From Octopus sinensis (taxonomy: Eukaryota): a stretch of DNA of 64,000 nucleotides. Of this stretch, positions 27,208-40,147 are shown piece by piece. The position numbers and the translations under genes are program-made. Below the pieces are notes generated by a model. The model ran no database searches. It had not been told where the DNA came from and saw nothing but the letters and a program-made list of their open reading frames with translations. The stretch lies in NCBI RefSeq assembly GCF_006345805.1, contig NC_043002.1:75392001-75456000 (forward strand). Direction: 5' to 3'. How positions within the stretch are numbered: the stretch's first letter is position 1; each line of letters begins with the position of its first letter.

Positions 27208-27421
27208 AAGGTGGTGAGCTGGCAGAAACGTTAGCATGCTGGGTGAAAAGCTTAGCAGTATTTTGTCTGTCTTTACGTTCTGAGGTCAAATTCTGCTGAG
27301 GTCGACTTTGCCTTTTATCCTTTCAGGGTCGATAAATTAAGTATCAGTTGTATACTGGGGTCGATCTAATCAACTGGCCCCCTCCTCAAAGATTTTGGGC
27401 CTTGTGCCTAGAGTAGAAAAG
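27208..27421 (+). mobile_element. SINE family C with 16-bp TSD
   Basis: aatatcttaatgcagt at 27192-27207 and 27422-27437; head ggtggtgagctggcagaa...ggtcaaattc. Confidence 0.92.
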
Positions 27422-27489
27422 AATATCTTAATGCAGTTTTTCCTGCTGCCCTAAGGCCAACTCTAATGGCAGTGTCACTACACATTTGC

Positions 27490-27760
27490 TTACCCTGTTG
27501 GGAATGGTAGCCAAATCTCCTGCAAAACCACATCCTAACATCTTAGATAAAGAAAAAGGACACATCAGGTAATATAAGCCCTGATTTATGCCATGCCATG
27601 CCAAAAAAAAAAGACAAAAAAGAATGTTTAGGTGGTTACATACAAAACCCTTTTGATCATTGATCTGCTACAAAAGGACATGTAGGTCACAACTGGAACA
27701 CTTATGATCATAGGTCTGCTGGATCAGAGCTGACCTGGGGCTAAACAGTAACAACAGCTG
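27490..27760 (+). mobile_element. SINE-like repeat, family E
   Basis: Tail tgatcataggtctgct..atcagagctgacctggggctaaac; reverse copies at ~31138-31270, ~61263-61340, ~22080-22270. Confidence 0.55.
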
Positions 27761-28344
27761 CTGCATATGTCTCAAGTGCATTAACGTGTTTTGCATATGC
27801 AGCTTATTTATGACTCTCTTAGGAATGCATATTGTAATGCTATTTCCTTTTGTTTTCTTGTATTTAGGTTGAAAGTGCTGATAATGTTGCTTTTGGATTC
27901 TTTTTCTTTTTTCGTTCTTCTTGTGTTAACTATTCCTTCTGTTCCGCTATTAATGCCGTTTGTCTTTTTTACACTCTGCATTCACATGTACCTTTTATCT
28001 CTGAATGCTTGTAGTTTGATGAATTGTCTGCCTCATTTCAAACAGTGTTTTTCTCAGAAGGGATTGGTATCATCATCATCATCATCATCAACCACCTCCA
28101 CCACCACTACTGCACCATGGGTTAGACAATACATTGAAGCAAATTTTTTTTACAGCTGGATGCCCATTCCATTGCCAGCCTTCATCTGTTTCCAAAGAGG
28201 GTTATATTTCCTTGACAGCTTAGAAATGAAGAACGTCACTAGTATGATGGTGTTGCTCATTTATGACTATTTTGTGATCACACACACACTTCCGTGTATA
28301 TATATGTGTGTGTGGTGTATATGCATACACTTGTGTGTGTATTT

Positions 28345-28532
28345 GCCATGATAGATCACTAGCCACTATACATTCTTTATTTTCTCCCCTTGCTTCTTTC
28401 TGTGTGCCTTTCTGTGGAAGAGCATAGGCTCAAAACATCAAAAACTTTTTCACTTCCCAAACATTATACTAATACATGTGTTTGTTGTGTACACCATCTG
28501 TCTTTGTCATTTGTTTTTTTTTTGTGAATTCT

Positions 28533-28537
<5 letters not shown>
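28345..28537 (+). mobile_element. Possible Penelope-like pLTR remnant
   Basis: Decayed hammerhead-like motif ctgtgga-a-gagc atag gctc-aaaacatc at 28412-28439; ends in (TA)n. Confidence 0.4.
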
Positions 28538-28574
<37 letters not shown>

Positions 28575-28575
<1 letters not shown>

Positions 28576-28876
28576 GAGGCACAATGGCCCAGTGGTTAGG
28601 GCAGCGGACTCGCAGTTGTAGGATCGCGGTCATTCGATTCCCAGACCGGGCGTTGTGAGTGTTTATTGAACGAAAACAGCTAAAGCTCCACGCAGTTCCG
28701 GCAGGTGGTGGTGGTGGCGATCCCTGCTGTACTCTTTCGCCACAACTTTCACTCTTTCTTCTGTTAGCCTGCTCGCTTAGCCAGCAAGGTGGCGTCATTT
28801 GAAGGCTAAAACAATGCGAAGTGCATTGTGACCAGCGATGTGTAGCAACCTCTGATAGCCTGGTCGGTCACGGTGA
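28575..28876 (+). mobile_element. tRNA-headed SINE, family D (CpG-rich, young)
   Basis: A box tggcccagtgg (28585-28595), B-box-like ttcgattcc; sits between (TG)n and (TA)n. Related heads at ~12169, ~12590, ~22665, ~30434, ~35201. Confidence 0.85.
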
Positions 28877-29159
28877 TATATATATATACATACATATATA
28901 CACATGCACCCTTATGCATGCATATACATCCTATAAGGAAGTATTCTTTCTTAAGTTAATATTAACGTACTAGGCTTACAAGGAATAAGTCCTACGGTTT
29001 ATTTGCACAATTAAAGGTGGTGCTCCAGCATGGTCACAGTTGGGTGACCGAAACAAATAAAAGAATAAGGATTCTACCAAAAGTAACGTAAAAATGGGTA
29101 TAACATTTTTATTAACTGATACAGGTCTTTCAAATTGACTGATACAGGTCTTCAGGCAA

Positions 29160-30340
29160 AAACACTCAACATGACCTGCATCATAAGCGATGCATTTGTG
29201 TCATTGGTAAACCAAACTCTTGAATCCTCTAAAAAAAAAAATTCAGGTGAACACTGTTGTATCCACTTCTTCAAAGCCACTTTAACATTGTCTGTCTCAT
29301 CAAATCTGGAAGGTACCAGATCAGTAGATGGGGGCCCATTAACCAGCCCAATGTGCCTGATTTGTTGTCCAAGGTGTGCAATGTCTGTTGTGGTGAATAT
29401 GGATCCTTTTCAGATCCTTATTTGGCATCTTCCTCTTAATAGCTTTCTCTAAGTTTTTCAAGTGTCTTAACCCTCTAACATTCATATTATTCTGTTAAAT
29501 GTGATGCATTTATTTAACACTGTTTTGAATTAATTGTGCATTATCCCAAAGCTTCAAGATTTTTATGATGGGATAGTTTATTTTTAGAATGACAATGTAG
29601 GGTAGATGTGAGGAACCAAATCTGGCCAGTTTGAATATAAAGCAGGTAGAATATTTTGGCTAGATATGAACGGATGAAATGCTAAGGGGGTAATGTGCAG
29701 CTCACTCATCACAGTACAGCCATGTTCTAGAAAATAAAGGAAAATAATACTCTTGTCATCCTGCCAAACAATTACAAGGACTTTTTGTGCTACTCTCTGC
29801 CTCTTGAACTTCTCAGACCCAAGAAAAGAGGTCAGCACCATTCTTATCATTCGATTGCCTAAATTATCCTTTGTAGATTATAAATATACACCCACATCTC
29901 ATCCACTGGTACTGGATTGGTAAAAATTTTTTTTTTAATGTGCCTTTATTGGCTTCAAATGCTTCCGGCTGATCAGAGCAGATTAACAACTTTCTTACAT
30001 TTAAATCAAGTGTCAACTGCTAAAATACCAACTTTGCATACACTTTCCTATGCCCAAAGTTTTCCACAATCTTTTGTATAGCATTGTGACCATAGTGCAG
30101 TTGTGCAGCAAGCTCATGAAATGTGACTTATCTATCTGCTTGAACCAATTCCATTCACTCACTGGTGATTTGTGTGCAGTTGATGCTCTTCAATGCCAGT
30201 TTCCTCTTTAGATTTCATTCATCTGTGCACATTTTCCTTGTCAATGGTGTCATCTCTGTAAACAACCTGTAACCTTTCGTGAATATCAGACAGCCTGCAC
30301 CTCTCCTTTGTCAAGAATTTTGGAACTTGTTATTTTCCCT
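29160..30340 (-). mobile_element. Decayed mariner transposase interrupted by a piggyBac-type MITE
   Basis: Minus-strand pieces: SDIHERLQVVYRDDTID (HTH), KVYAKLV, VDEMWVY, KFKRQRVAQKVLVIVWQDDKSIIFLYFLEHGCTV, DLVPS, VKVALKKWIQQCSPEFF, GFKSLVYQ*HKCI. TIRs not resolved. Confidence 0.8.
29467..29693 (+). mobile_element. Family P1 MITE nested in mariner
   Basis: TTAA-ccctctaacatt ... aatgctaagggggtaa; its removal restores the mariner frame ELHIKTLEKLR. Confidence 0.85.
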
Positions 30341-30624
30341 CATTGAAGAACATCAAGAATCACTGTAAAGAAAAAAATAAATGGGTTACTCTACCAACAT
30401 GTGTCATTTGAACAACTTGTATCACTTATGCGGAGGGGCATAGCTGAGTGGTTAGAGTGTTGATCTCATGATTGTGAGATTATGGTTTCAATTCCTGGAC
30501 TGGTTGATGCAGTGTATTCTTGAGCAAAAATTCATTTCCCATTGCTCCAGTCTACTTAACTGGTAAAAATCAGTAATTCTGTGATGGATTGGTGTCCTGA
30601 CCAAGTATATATATATATATATAT

Positions 30625-30725
30625 TATGGCTGCCCCCTCGTTATCGAGTATGGCCATTGCACGAAGCTTAACTGTTGCTGGTGCTGTGATCGAATGTGAC
30701 TTTTTAGCCCAGCTAAAGATCTACA
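30625..30725 (-). mobile_element. ~100-bp 3' tip of an RTE-like LINE inserted in (TA)n
   Basis: Minus frame [15 protein letters not shown] resembles the C-terminal C2H2-like motif of RTE ORFs. 3' stem-loop ctcg-ataa-cgag; CpGs retained; TA repeats on both sides. Confidence 0.65.
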
Positions 30726-30739
30726 ATATATATATATAT

Positions 30740-30826
<87 letters not shown>

Positions 30827-32506
30827 CCAGAGAAACTGGGAAACCGGCTCTATGCCTCTTACTGAGTAATGTGGAATAACTAATATCTGTTATGGCCACT
30901 TTTGCATTTCATTTAATACAGCCCTCATATATCAGTCAGGTATTTTAAAGTTAACTCACTCAGCAATAACCCTTTCCCTACAGATTTATGGTTATCTGGT
31001 AGCTAAAGTTAAAAATCATTAGCATTAATATTATCTAATAGTATTATTATTATCAAATTGGTAATAATAATATTGTTGTTATTAAATAAATTATTAATAG
31101 CGTTATTATTAATACGAATAATAATAATATCATTGTGTAGCACCATGTCAGCTCTGATCAAGCAGACCTATTATCAAAGACAATCCAGCTGTAACCATTC
31201 CATGTTTTTTCTTTTTATTTTTTTATGTGTTATTAGACATAATGTATCAAGGACTACATTATCAAATAGCAATTATTTTCATTGCTAGCATGAGTTAGGT
31301 GGACTTAAATAATGATGAGTTTTCTCTTATCTGCATGCTGTGGTCAATAGTCGAGGCATCTAACTGTAAAAATATCCACTTCACTAACTCCTGCCTGGGT
31401 ACCTGTTGTAACCATCGTTATTGCCTGTGATGTCGATATGGTTGACAGATGGGGATTGAGCTGCCAGATCTAGATAACCCAGTGACAAGTATTGGAGGGA
31501 GAAAAAAAAAAAACATAATGGATGGTAAATGAAATGATGATAATAATGGTAGCAGTGGCTGTGTGATGGTACCTGCAAACAATATTTTGGTTCCGTTAGT
31601 CTTTGTTCTGTGAGTGTCCACCTTATTTAAATGGTTTGGCTATTTTTCATATTATTGCGACTTCAACATCCCTTCCACTAGCTAAAGAAATTCAGGACAC
31701 ACATGTATTGCCACACACATATGCATGCACATGCATGCATACACACACATACACATGCATATCCGTATATGCACACTCACACACAAAAGCATACACACAA
31801 TTTCTTGCAAGAAATAAATTTCTGCAACTTGAAATGATAATTTTTTCAAAAAAAAAAAAAAAAAAAAAAAAAAAAGATAATAAATAAAGAATAAAAAATA
31901 ACAAAACAAACCCCTGAATTACAATAAAAAAGAAATTATTAAAATTGATTTAGGAGTTGGCAGTGATAACATTTTAAAAGATAGTTTGTTAAATTCATTC
32001 TTTAATTATTTGCTTGATGAAATATAAATGCATTAAGCTCTAATTAACTCAGCTTTCATCCATGTTGCAATTCTAATTTGTTCTATTTCATTTTATCTTT
32101 TATCCCCCACTCTCTCCCCCCTCTCTCTCTATCTATCTATCTTCTTTTCCTTTTTCTGTTTTCTATTCTTACTTAAAAAAGTAGTAGTTTGTTAAATTAT
32201 TTTTTATTCATTTTTAATTTTACACATTTTTATTTACTTCTAATTTTATTACAACCACCACCATCACCACTATTCTTACAATGATAAGGGTGTGGGATTG
32301 GATGAATTGGTTGAGTGCTGGACAAAACGTTTCACTTCATTTCGTTACATTCCTTTATGTTTTGAGTTCAAATCTCACTGGGAGTTGAGTTAGCCTTTTA
32401 TCTCTTTGAACTTGATATAATAAGTGCCACTACTAGAAATGATTCAGTGAATTGCACCTCTTCTTTCAGATTTTCAGTCTAATGATAATCACGGAAAAAT
32501 ATCATC

Positions 32507-32725
32507 AAAGTGGCAAGATGCCAGAATCGTTAGCATGCTGGGCAAATGGTTTTGTGGTATTTCGTCCATCTTTATGTTCGGAGTTCAAATTCTGCCAAGG
32601 TGACTTTGCCTTTCACTCTTTTAGGGTCGATAAATTAAGTACCAGTCAAGTACTGGGGTCGATGTAACTGACTTTACCCCTCCCCAAAATTTCAGGCTTT
32701 GTGCCTATAGTAAAAAGGATTATTA
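32507..32725 (+). mobile_element. SINE family C
   Basis: Matches 27208-27421; (ATT)n tail. An older copy precedes it at ~32285-32500. Confidence 0.85.
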
Positions 32726-32740
32726 TTATTATTATTATTA

Positions 32741-32811
<71 letters not shown>

Positions 32812-33126
32812 GACACACACCTCTCTCTCTCTCTTTCTTTCTCTCTCTCTCTATCTCTACGGTCACTGTATCATCCATGTATCATTCATTCTATCATGGC
32901 TAGTTCTTCTTGAAAGGTGCCACCCCACTGGCTATGTAGGCAGGTAGACCAACATTCCCCTTGAACAGGATGATAGTCTGTCACAGGGTTATCCATTTAC
33001 AGCTGAGTAGACTGGAGCAACATGAAATGAAGTGTTTTGCTCAGAAACAATGCACCATTTATCTGAGATTAGAAACCATGATCTTGGGATCTTGAATGCA
33101 ACAACCTAACCACGAGGCCATGCATC

Positions 33127-33359
33127 TTATTTCATTATTGCCCACAAGGGGCTAAACATAGAGGGGACAAACAAGGGCAGACAAAGGGATTAAATTGATT
33201 ACATCGACCCAGTGCATAACTGGTGCTTAATTTATCGACCCCGAAAGGATAGAAGGCAAAGTTGACCTCAGCGGAATTTGAACTCAGAACGTAGCGGCAG
33301 ACGAAATACTGCTGAGCATTTTGCATGGCATGCTAACGTTTCTGCCAGCTCGCTGCCTT
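33127..33359 (-). mobile_element. SINE family C, alternative tail
   Basis: Reverse complement of the family C head and core; tail ...atgtttagccccttgtgggcaataa. Confidence 0.85.
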
Positions 33360-33399
33360 GCATCTTTGTACACACACACGCACACACAAACAGTTGCAA

Positions 33400-33443
<44 letters not shown>

Positions 33444-33899
33444 CTATATATCTATAAAACTTTATTTACATATTTGGCTGTGTCTTTTCTTATTGCTTCT
33501 TATCAAACTTGATGTCATACCTCCATTGTCTTTTAATATCCTTTATCCTTTGCCTGTAAGGTAAGGAAACAAATCACCATTGTCATGATCTTCTACATTA
33601 TTGTTATTACTATATTATATATTATTGCTGCCATCAGCAATTGTCTTGAGCCTTATTCCACTACTTCTCATTGAAAACTGCTGCAGTCATCAACATAATG
33701 GTTGGATGCTTTTGTACTATCAATTTCATACTTTGAAATGAGTTGAAATATTATGTATATATATCTGAAGGAAGGGACAGTGGGCATGACCTTTGCATTC
33801 TCTCTGTGAATGATGCCATTAATGAGTGAGCTTAATGCCATTAATGTTTAGTTTTAACTGGTGTAGGGCAAACACCTCAGAGAAGATATGAACAGAGAG

Positions 33900-33965
33900 A
33901 AGATTCTAGAAAGCTGGTATTCTAAGGAGAAGGAACTGGGTATTGTGATTAGTGGGAAGCTGAGG
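33900..33965 (+). pseudogene. Possible CR1/L2 RT remnant
   Basis: SKEKELGIVISGKL resembles EKDLGVxIxxxL; single short motif only. Confidence 0.3.
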
Positions 33966-36141
33966 AGGGAGATGGTTACTACATGAGGATGAGAAGTGGA
34001 GAGAAGAGTTGGTCAGCGGCACCTACATGAGGTAGGTAAGAGACCATCCAGCTCCAGTAAACAGAGACCATTATAGTACGAAGAGAAAAGAGACAGGAAA
34101 AATTATGCATGTGGGCCAAAGTGTGGAGTGTGTCAGCTAGTGATTGAAAACCGATCAGTTGAATGGCACTTCTGTGTGTGTGTGTGGTCCAAATTGACTG
34201 CATGCATAGTGCTGTGTCACTGTGGATATCACTTCAGCCTTGTAGATTGTCAGCAGTTATGGGGGGGGGGGTGAATATATCCTAGCCCTGCAGAGAAGGG
34301 CCAGTCTCTGGTTTGCAGTCCAAACTATGCGAAGGTTATGTTTTTGCCAGGGAAGATCCTTGGTGAGAGTGAAGCCCAACATTTGGAGTGAGCACAGGCG
34401 TTCTAGCTGAGTGCTACTCATGTTGATGCTGGAGCTTTCTTGTTAAGTGTAGAGCTTAAGGTGTATGTTTAATTTTTTTTTGTATTATTTAAAGAGACAA
34501 GTTTGTCATAGACTCACTGTACAATGTTCTCAAGGTCTGCATTCATAGAACCATTGCAAGTTAGATGCATAGTGTCTAGGTTGTGCATGTATGTATATTA
34601 TTTAGTGAGAGAGCAGTGCATGCCATCAAAGTGACACTGGGGGGAAATATACGAAGCCCAGTATACCCATCATGACTACCCATCTGGTAAGGGTATACCA
34701 GGCACATGCATCACAACTATATGTGCATGACATGATGATGTCTTATCAAGATAAACAGTAATGTATTTATATATGCATCTATGTATGTATGTAATGTATG
34801 TATGTATGTATGTATGTATGTATATGTGTGTTGCTTAGCATTTGTTATATAATAAAATGAATTGCCATCACTTCTTTCAGCAACGAGTATTCCAATTGTC
34901 TGTTCAACTATAGTACCTAGTAATTGAATTATCATGTAAGCAGTTGCTTGGTTCGTTAGGTATTACTAGAGTGTGATCAACCTTGATCTTTGAATTAGAG
35001 GTACAATCAGTATCCATCTAGCCGACTTCACTCACAAATTAGAGTTAACCCAAGGCTGTTCTAGCAGGTACATGGCCAAGATACTACACATGGATTTTGA
35101 GCCCAAAATCACATTATTGTAAAGTGAATTTCTTAGTAACTCAGTCATGCATGCATACATACAATATATATATGTATGTGTGTGTGTGTGTGTGTGTGTG
35201 TGGAGGCATGTGGCCTAGTGGTTAGAGCTATGCACACATGATTGCTAGATCATGAGTTCAATTCATTGCCCAGGTGGCCTATTGTGTTCTTGAGCAAATT
35301 ACTTCCTTTTACAGTGCTCAAGTGAATGGGAGAGCACCAGAATCATTTGTGCACAGGCAGAAATGCTTTGCAGTATACCTTGTAAACTTAGAGCTCTGTA
35401 CATTCTGAGTTTAAATCCCACCTGACTGAAGGAAGCAATGGGAAACCACTCCTGTATTCATCCCAAGTCTAAACATGGCTGTGATTGCAGTTATCCACTT
35501 AATGGTGGCAGGGTAAGGTATGGGCCCTCCCAGGTCATATAAAGATTGCTGGATAAAGTTAACATGCACAGGACTTGACTGAGGACAAAGAACCACTAAA
35601 TTAGATGTGTGTGTGTGTGTATTATAGTTCTAACTTTCATTTTTCCATGTGTGCATGGATTAGATTGAATTTATTGAAGCAGTTTTTTATTTGTTAATGC
35701 TTTAGTAGAAGACACTTCTCCAAGGTGCCATACAGTGGAACTGAACTCAGAACCAAGTGGTTGGGAAGCAAGCTTCTCAATGAAACAGCCATAGCCATAT
35801 ATATAGATATATATGTGTATATGTATGCATGTGTGTGTATATATATATATATAAAGTACATACACTACACACATGCGCATATGTTCCTTTCATTCTTTCC
35901 CCCCATTTTTTTTCATTTGGTCAGAATTCTTAGAAATATATACATTACAAAATTTGTTCTAATGGCCATTTTTTTTTTCTTTTTCATTTAAAAAAAGAAT
36001 TTAAATGCTTTTTTTTTTGTATTTTTTGTTTTTCTTTTGGCACATGTATTAATTTTTTATTTGCTATTTTATAGCTTTTCTCTTCGTTCTTTTGCTGTTC
36101 CTGGTTTGCTTTTATTTCCAATTTCACTGTTGTTGTTGTTG

Positions 36142-36776
36142 TTATTATTATTATTATTATCATTATTTCAACAGAAATCATTATTATTATTATTATTATT
36201 ACTACTATTATATTATTGTTATTATTATCAATTTTATTATTTTTCATTTTCAATTTACACCATTAGCAGTTGGCTAAAACACATTGCTGATTTGATAAAA
36301 CAGAATTAGATTTCACAATGTAATGTTTCTGACTATAATAACGCATCAACAACAACAACAACACTAACAACAGCAGTAGTAATAATAATAATAATAATAT
36401 AATAATAATAATAATAATGATTATAGTAATGATAATAGGGAAGAAAGGAAGAAAATATAATGACGCTGAAAGTAATACTAATATAATAAAGCAAAAAACA
36501 AGGCAACAATAATAAATAAAAGAGATTTGTTGCTGCTGGACTGCCATTAAATCAATAAGTTGCTAGATTTAGATTATAAAAGAGGACATTATCTCCCTCC
36601 TCCCTAAAATATTTTAGATGCTAACTCTATTTCTATATTGTATTTCAAATGATTCATATTCTGTTTAATTTTGTATACTATCACCATTAAAATTGGAGTT
36701 CACTTGCTTTAGTTTTTATTTGTTTTTTTTTTTGGTATTACTTTATAATTTCATTTTTCAGTCATTATTATTATCA

Positions 36777-36819
<43 letters not shown>

Positions 36820-37050
36820 CATTATTTCAACAGAAATCATTATTATTATTATTATTATTACTACTATTATATTATTGTTATTATTATCAATTTTATTATT
36901 TTTCATTTTCAATTTACACCATTAGCAGTTGGCTAAAACACATTGCTGATTTGATAAAACAGAATTAGATTTCACAAATGTAATGTTTCTGACTATAATA
37001 ACGCATCAACAACAACAACAACACTAACAACAGCAGTAGTAATAATAATG

Positions 37051-37081
<31 letters not shown>

Positions 37082-37438
37082 TTATAGTAATGATAATAGG
37101 GAAGAAAGGAAGAAAATATAATGACGCTGAAAGTAATACTAATATAATAAAGCAAAAAACAAGGCAACAATAAATAAATAAAAGAGATTTGTTGCTGCTG
37201 GACTGCCATTAAATCAATAAGTTGCTAGATTTAGATTATAAAAGAGGACATTATCTCCCTCCTCCCTAAAATATTTTAGATGCTAACTCTATTTCTATAT
37301 TGTATTTCAAATGATTCATATTCTGTTTAATTTTGTATACTATCACCATTAAAATTGGAGTTCACTTGCTTTAGTTTTTATTTGTTTTTTTTTTTGGTAT
37401 TACTTTATAATTTCATTTTTCAGTCATTATTATTATCA

Positions 37439-37480
<42 letters not shown>
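36142..37480. repeat. Near-perfect ~660-bp tandem duplication
   Basis: cattatttcaacagaaatc at 36161 and 36820; ttggagttcac at 36693 and 37355; junctions lie in (TTA)n. Confidence 0.97.
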
Positions 37481-37486
<6 letters not shown>

Positions 37487-39254
37487 TTATTCATCATTAT
37501 CATCATCATTGTTGTTATTTTTTGTTGTTGTTTGGTTGATGTTCCTCTTTAAAGACCTGCTTTTCGGTATTTCATATTTGTTTTCTTCTCCTCATCCTCT
37601 CCCCAACACTTCCCCCTCCATTAGGGACAATGATAACTTCAATTGCTTATCTTTTTTTCTTCTTTTTCCTCTCTCCCCCCTCCCAACTCTTCAGTGAAAT
37701 TTATGTTTGTATTTATTATGCCTTTAGTGTTTGCTGTCAGCTTGATATAGCATTTCTTAGCTACCGTTTCCCCACCTATTACCAACACCACCACCACCAC
37801 CACTACACAAACATGCACACACATTCCTGTTGCAGAATACTAAGTTACTAAAAACTTGTTGCAGTAGAAGTACAAGATATGTATAGGAGATAATTCTGGA
37901 TATTTAAATTTCGTTGCGCATTTCAATGTTTACCAAACTCATTCTTAGTACCATTTTCCATCATGTGATTTGTTTATCTATTTGATAAGTAGATTACAAA
38001 ACTGTGGGTGTGGGGTCTTTGAAAAAGATACTTTGTAAATATCTCTTTACACACACACACACACACATGTATAAAGCCTTTGTTGGTCACTAGGTTCACT
38101 ATGTAATTGCACCTGGAGAAATCTTTCAAAGTGCTGGCTTGGGCAGGTTTAACTGGAGAAGACCAGCAGTTGCCCGTGGATGCAAGCCTCTTCCTCCTGG
38201 TGCCACTGTTTTCCAAGGGAAAGGCAAGGCCAGTGCAGAATATCACTAGTAACCCAATGACCTAGCAGGTGTTGCCTTCAAAATGCTGGGAGCCGAGGGC
38301 AAATAACAATTCTGCCTGACCACAACCCCAGACGCGTACCTTTTTTTTTTATTGGCTCTGAAAGGAAGAAAAGCAAAGTTGATTTTTTTTACTGTAGAGA
38401 GCCAAAACAAATACTGCAAAGCAGTCTTTCTTGACTCCTACGACTTTGGAGTCACCCACACATAGCCACCATGCATGCATGTGTGTGCGCACACACACAC
38501 ACACACAGTACAAGGGAACAAAGGAAAAGTTTATAGAATGTCTATGTGATTGATCTTGGTGGCAGATTCAGTTCCACTGGGATTGGAAACAGGCTTCTAA
38601 GGGATTGAACTGTTTGCATACAGTATTAGCCATCTGTACTATTACTCCTCTGGAGATATACATTGGTTTTGCTTTTTGTATAAAAGTTACAAATTTGTAT
38701 CTAATAGATTTTGTTCATTGGTGCTTATTTTCATTCTGCTCATCCTCTTGGCCTGGACTGGTCCTTTTTTTTTTTTTTTCTATTTTAAAAGGATCAAAAG
38801 TACAGTTGACTTCAGTGGGATTTGAACTCTAAGCATAGAGGCAAAACAATTACCACAGAGTTTGCTTTGTTCAGCTATCTTAACATTTCTGTTAATACAG
38901 TGAATGAATTTTACATACTTGTGACATTTCACGAATAAAAAAACAAAATCAAGTTGGGTTAAGATATATTTTAGCAGCATAAGATTCTCAGTATCATTTC
39001 CCAAGTTTTTTATTCCAGAAAGGAAATGTAATATTTTATCCCTTTTAAAAATACTCTCTGATAGGTTATGGCTGTAACAAGAGATAAACAAATAAAAACT
39101 GAAAGAGTGATGCTGTTAAAATATGCCCTGGTCTACTAAAATATATTTTAAAAGCTATCTGATGTTAGTATTTTCTAAATAACGTTAGTGGCTTAATTAA
39201 TGGAAAGAGATTGAATATGGGTTTTCAATTCTGGCTTCCAAGTTTATGCCTACT

Positions 39255-39510
39255 TAAAGACTTCTGTTGGTCATAAATGACCATGGGATTGCACCTAGAA
39301 AGTTACCCTTCGAGGTACAAGTCTAGGCAAGGTTGTTTATGGAAGACCAGCAGTCACCCATGCATACCATCTTCTTCTCTCTATGCCACTGATGTTATCC
39401 AAGGAAAAGCAAAGGCTGATACAGCATGGCACCTGCGATGTCGCAACTCATTTCTACAGCTGAGTGAACTGCAGCTATGTGAAAGAAAGTGTCTTGCTCA
39501 ATAACACAAC
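39255..39510 (-). mobile_element. SINE-like repeat
   Basis: ttgcacct.ga...gaagaccagcag...ccaaggg/aaaggcaa shared with ~38105-38230; acagctgagt...aagtgtcttgctca shared with ~32995-33050. Confidence 0.6.
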
Positions 39511-39850
39511 ACACACACACACACACATGCGCGCATATGTATAGATGTAGCTAAGTTTTGGTTACTTGGATGTTAGTACAGGTGGTGGGGTAAAGTGGAG
39601 ATATGTGAGCAATAGGTGGATTCCACAAAGTGGCTATATAATGGCTACCCATTTGGGAGACTGACTCCAAATAAGAAGTGTTACAGCAGAGAGAGAGAGA
39701 GAGAGCACCAACTCTGAATAAGGATTGGGGGCACATCCCACATTATATAGCCTCCCAAATGCTGCTGACTTAATAATATGTTGAGAGTCTGCACTATAAG
39801 TAACAAAGTTGGTCAGTTTCTTGCTGCTCGATGTGCAGAGTGATGTAGAC

Positions 39851-40147
39851 TAGTGGTTCCTAAACTTTTGGGGGCTGCCACCCCCTTGGCAGCCAGGACA
39901 TGTTCCTAGTGCTCCTCCCCCACTTACCACCACAAACATAGACCACTTTCTGCAGCAAATTCAAAACAACTGAATTTCACAGATAAAACTTAACCTATTC
40001 AACCCATTATTTTGTTGTTTTCACTCCTTCGCCCCCTTTTGACTACCTCATTATTACCCCACTTTTCTTCAATGCCTATCACACCCCCGATCTTTTCACT
40101 ACCCTCGTGCGAGGAGGGGGGAGTGCTGCTGACTTCAGAAACCACTG
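39851..40147. mobile_element. hAT/Charlie-type MITE
   Basis: Ends tagtggtt.../...aaccactg; flanking 8-mers atgtagac and tggtagac (6/8) fit an 8-bp NNNTAGAN-type TSD. Confidence 0.7.

Noticed and set aside
28575-28650. tRNA gene
   Set aside because: A/B boxes continue into a SINE body; no clean cloverleaf; related decayed heads elsewhere.
29113-29156. Hammerhead-like CTGAAGA...GAAA on minus
   Set aside because: No stems; it is a short direct repeat of actgatacaggtctt.
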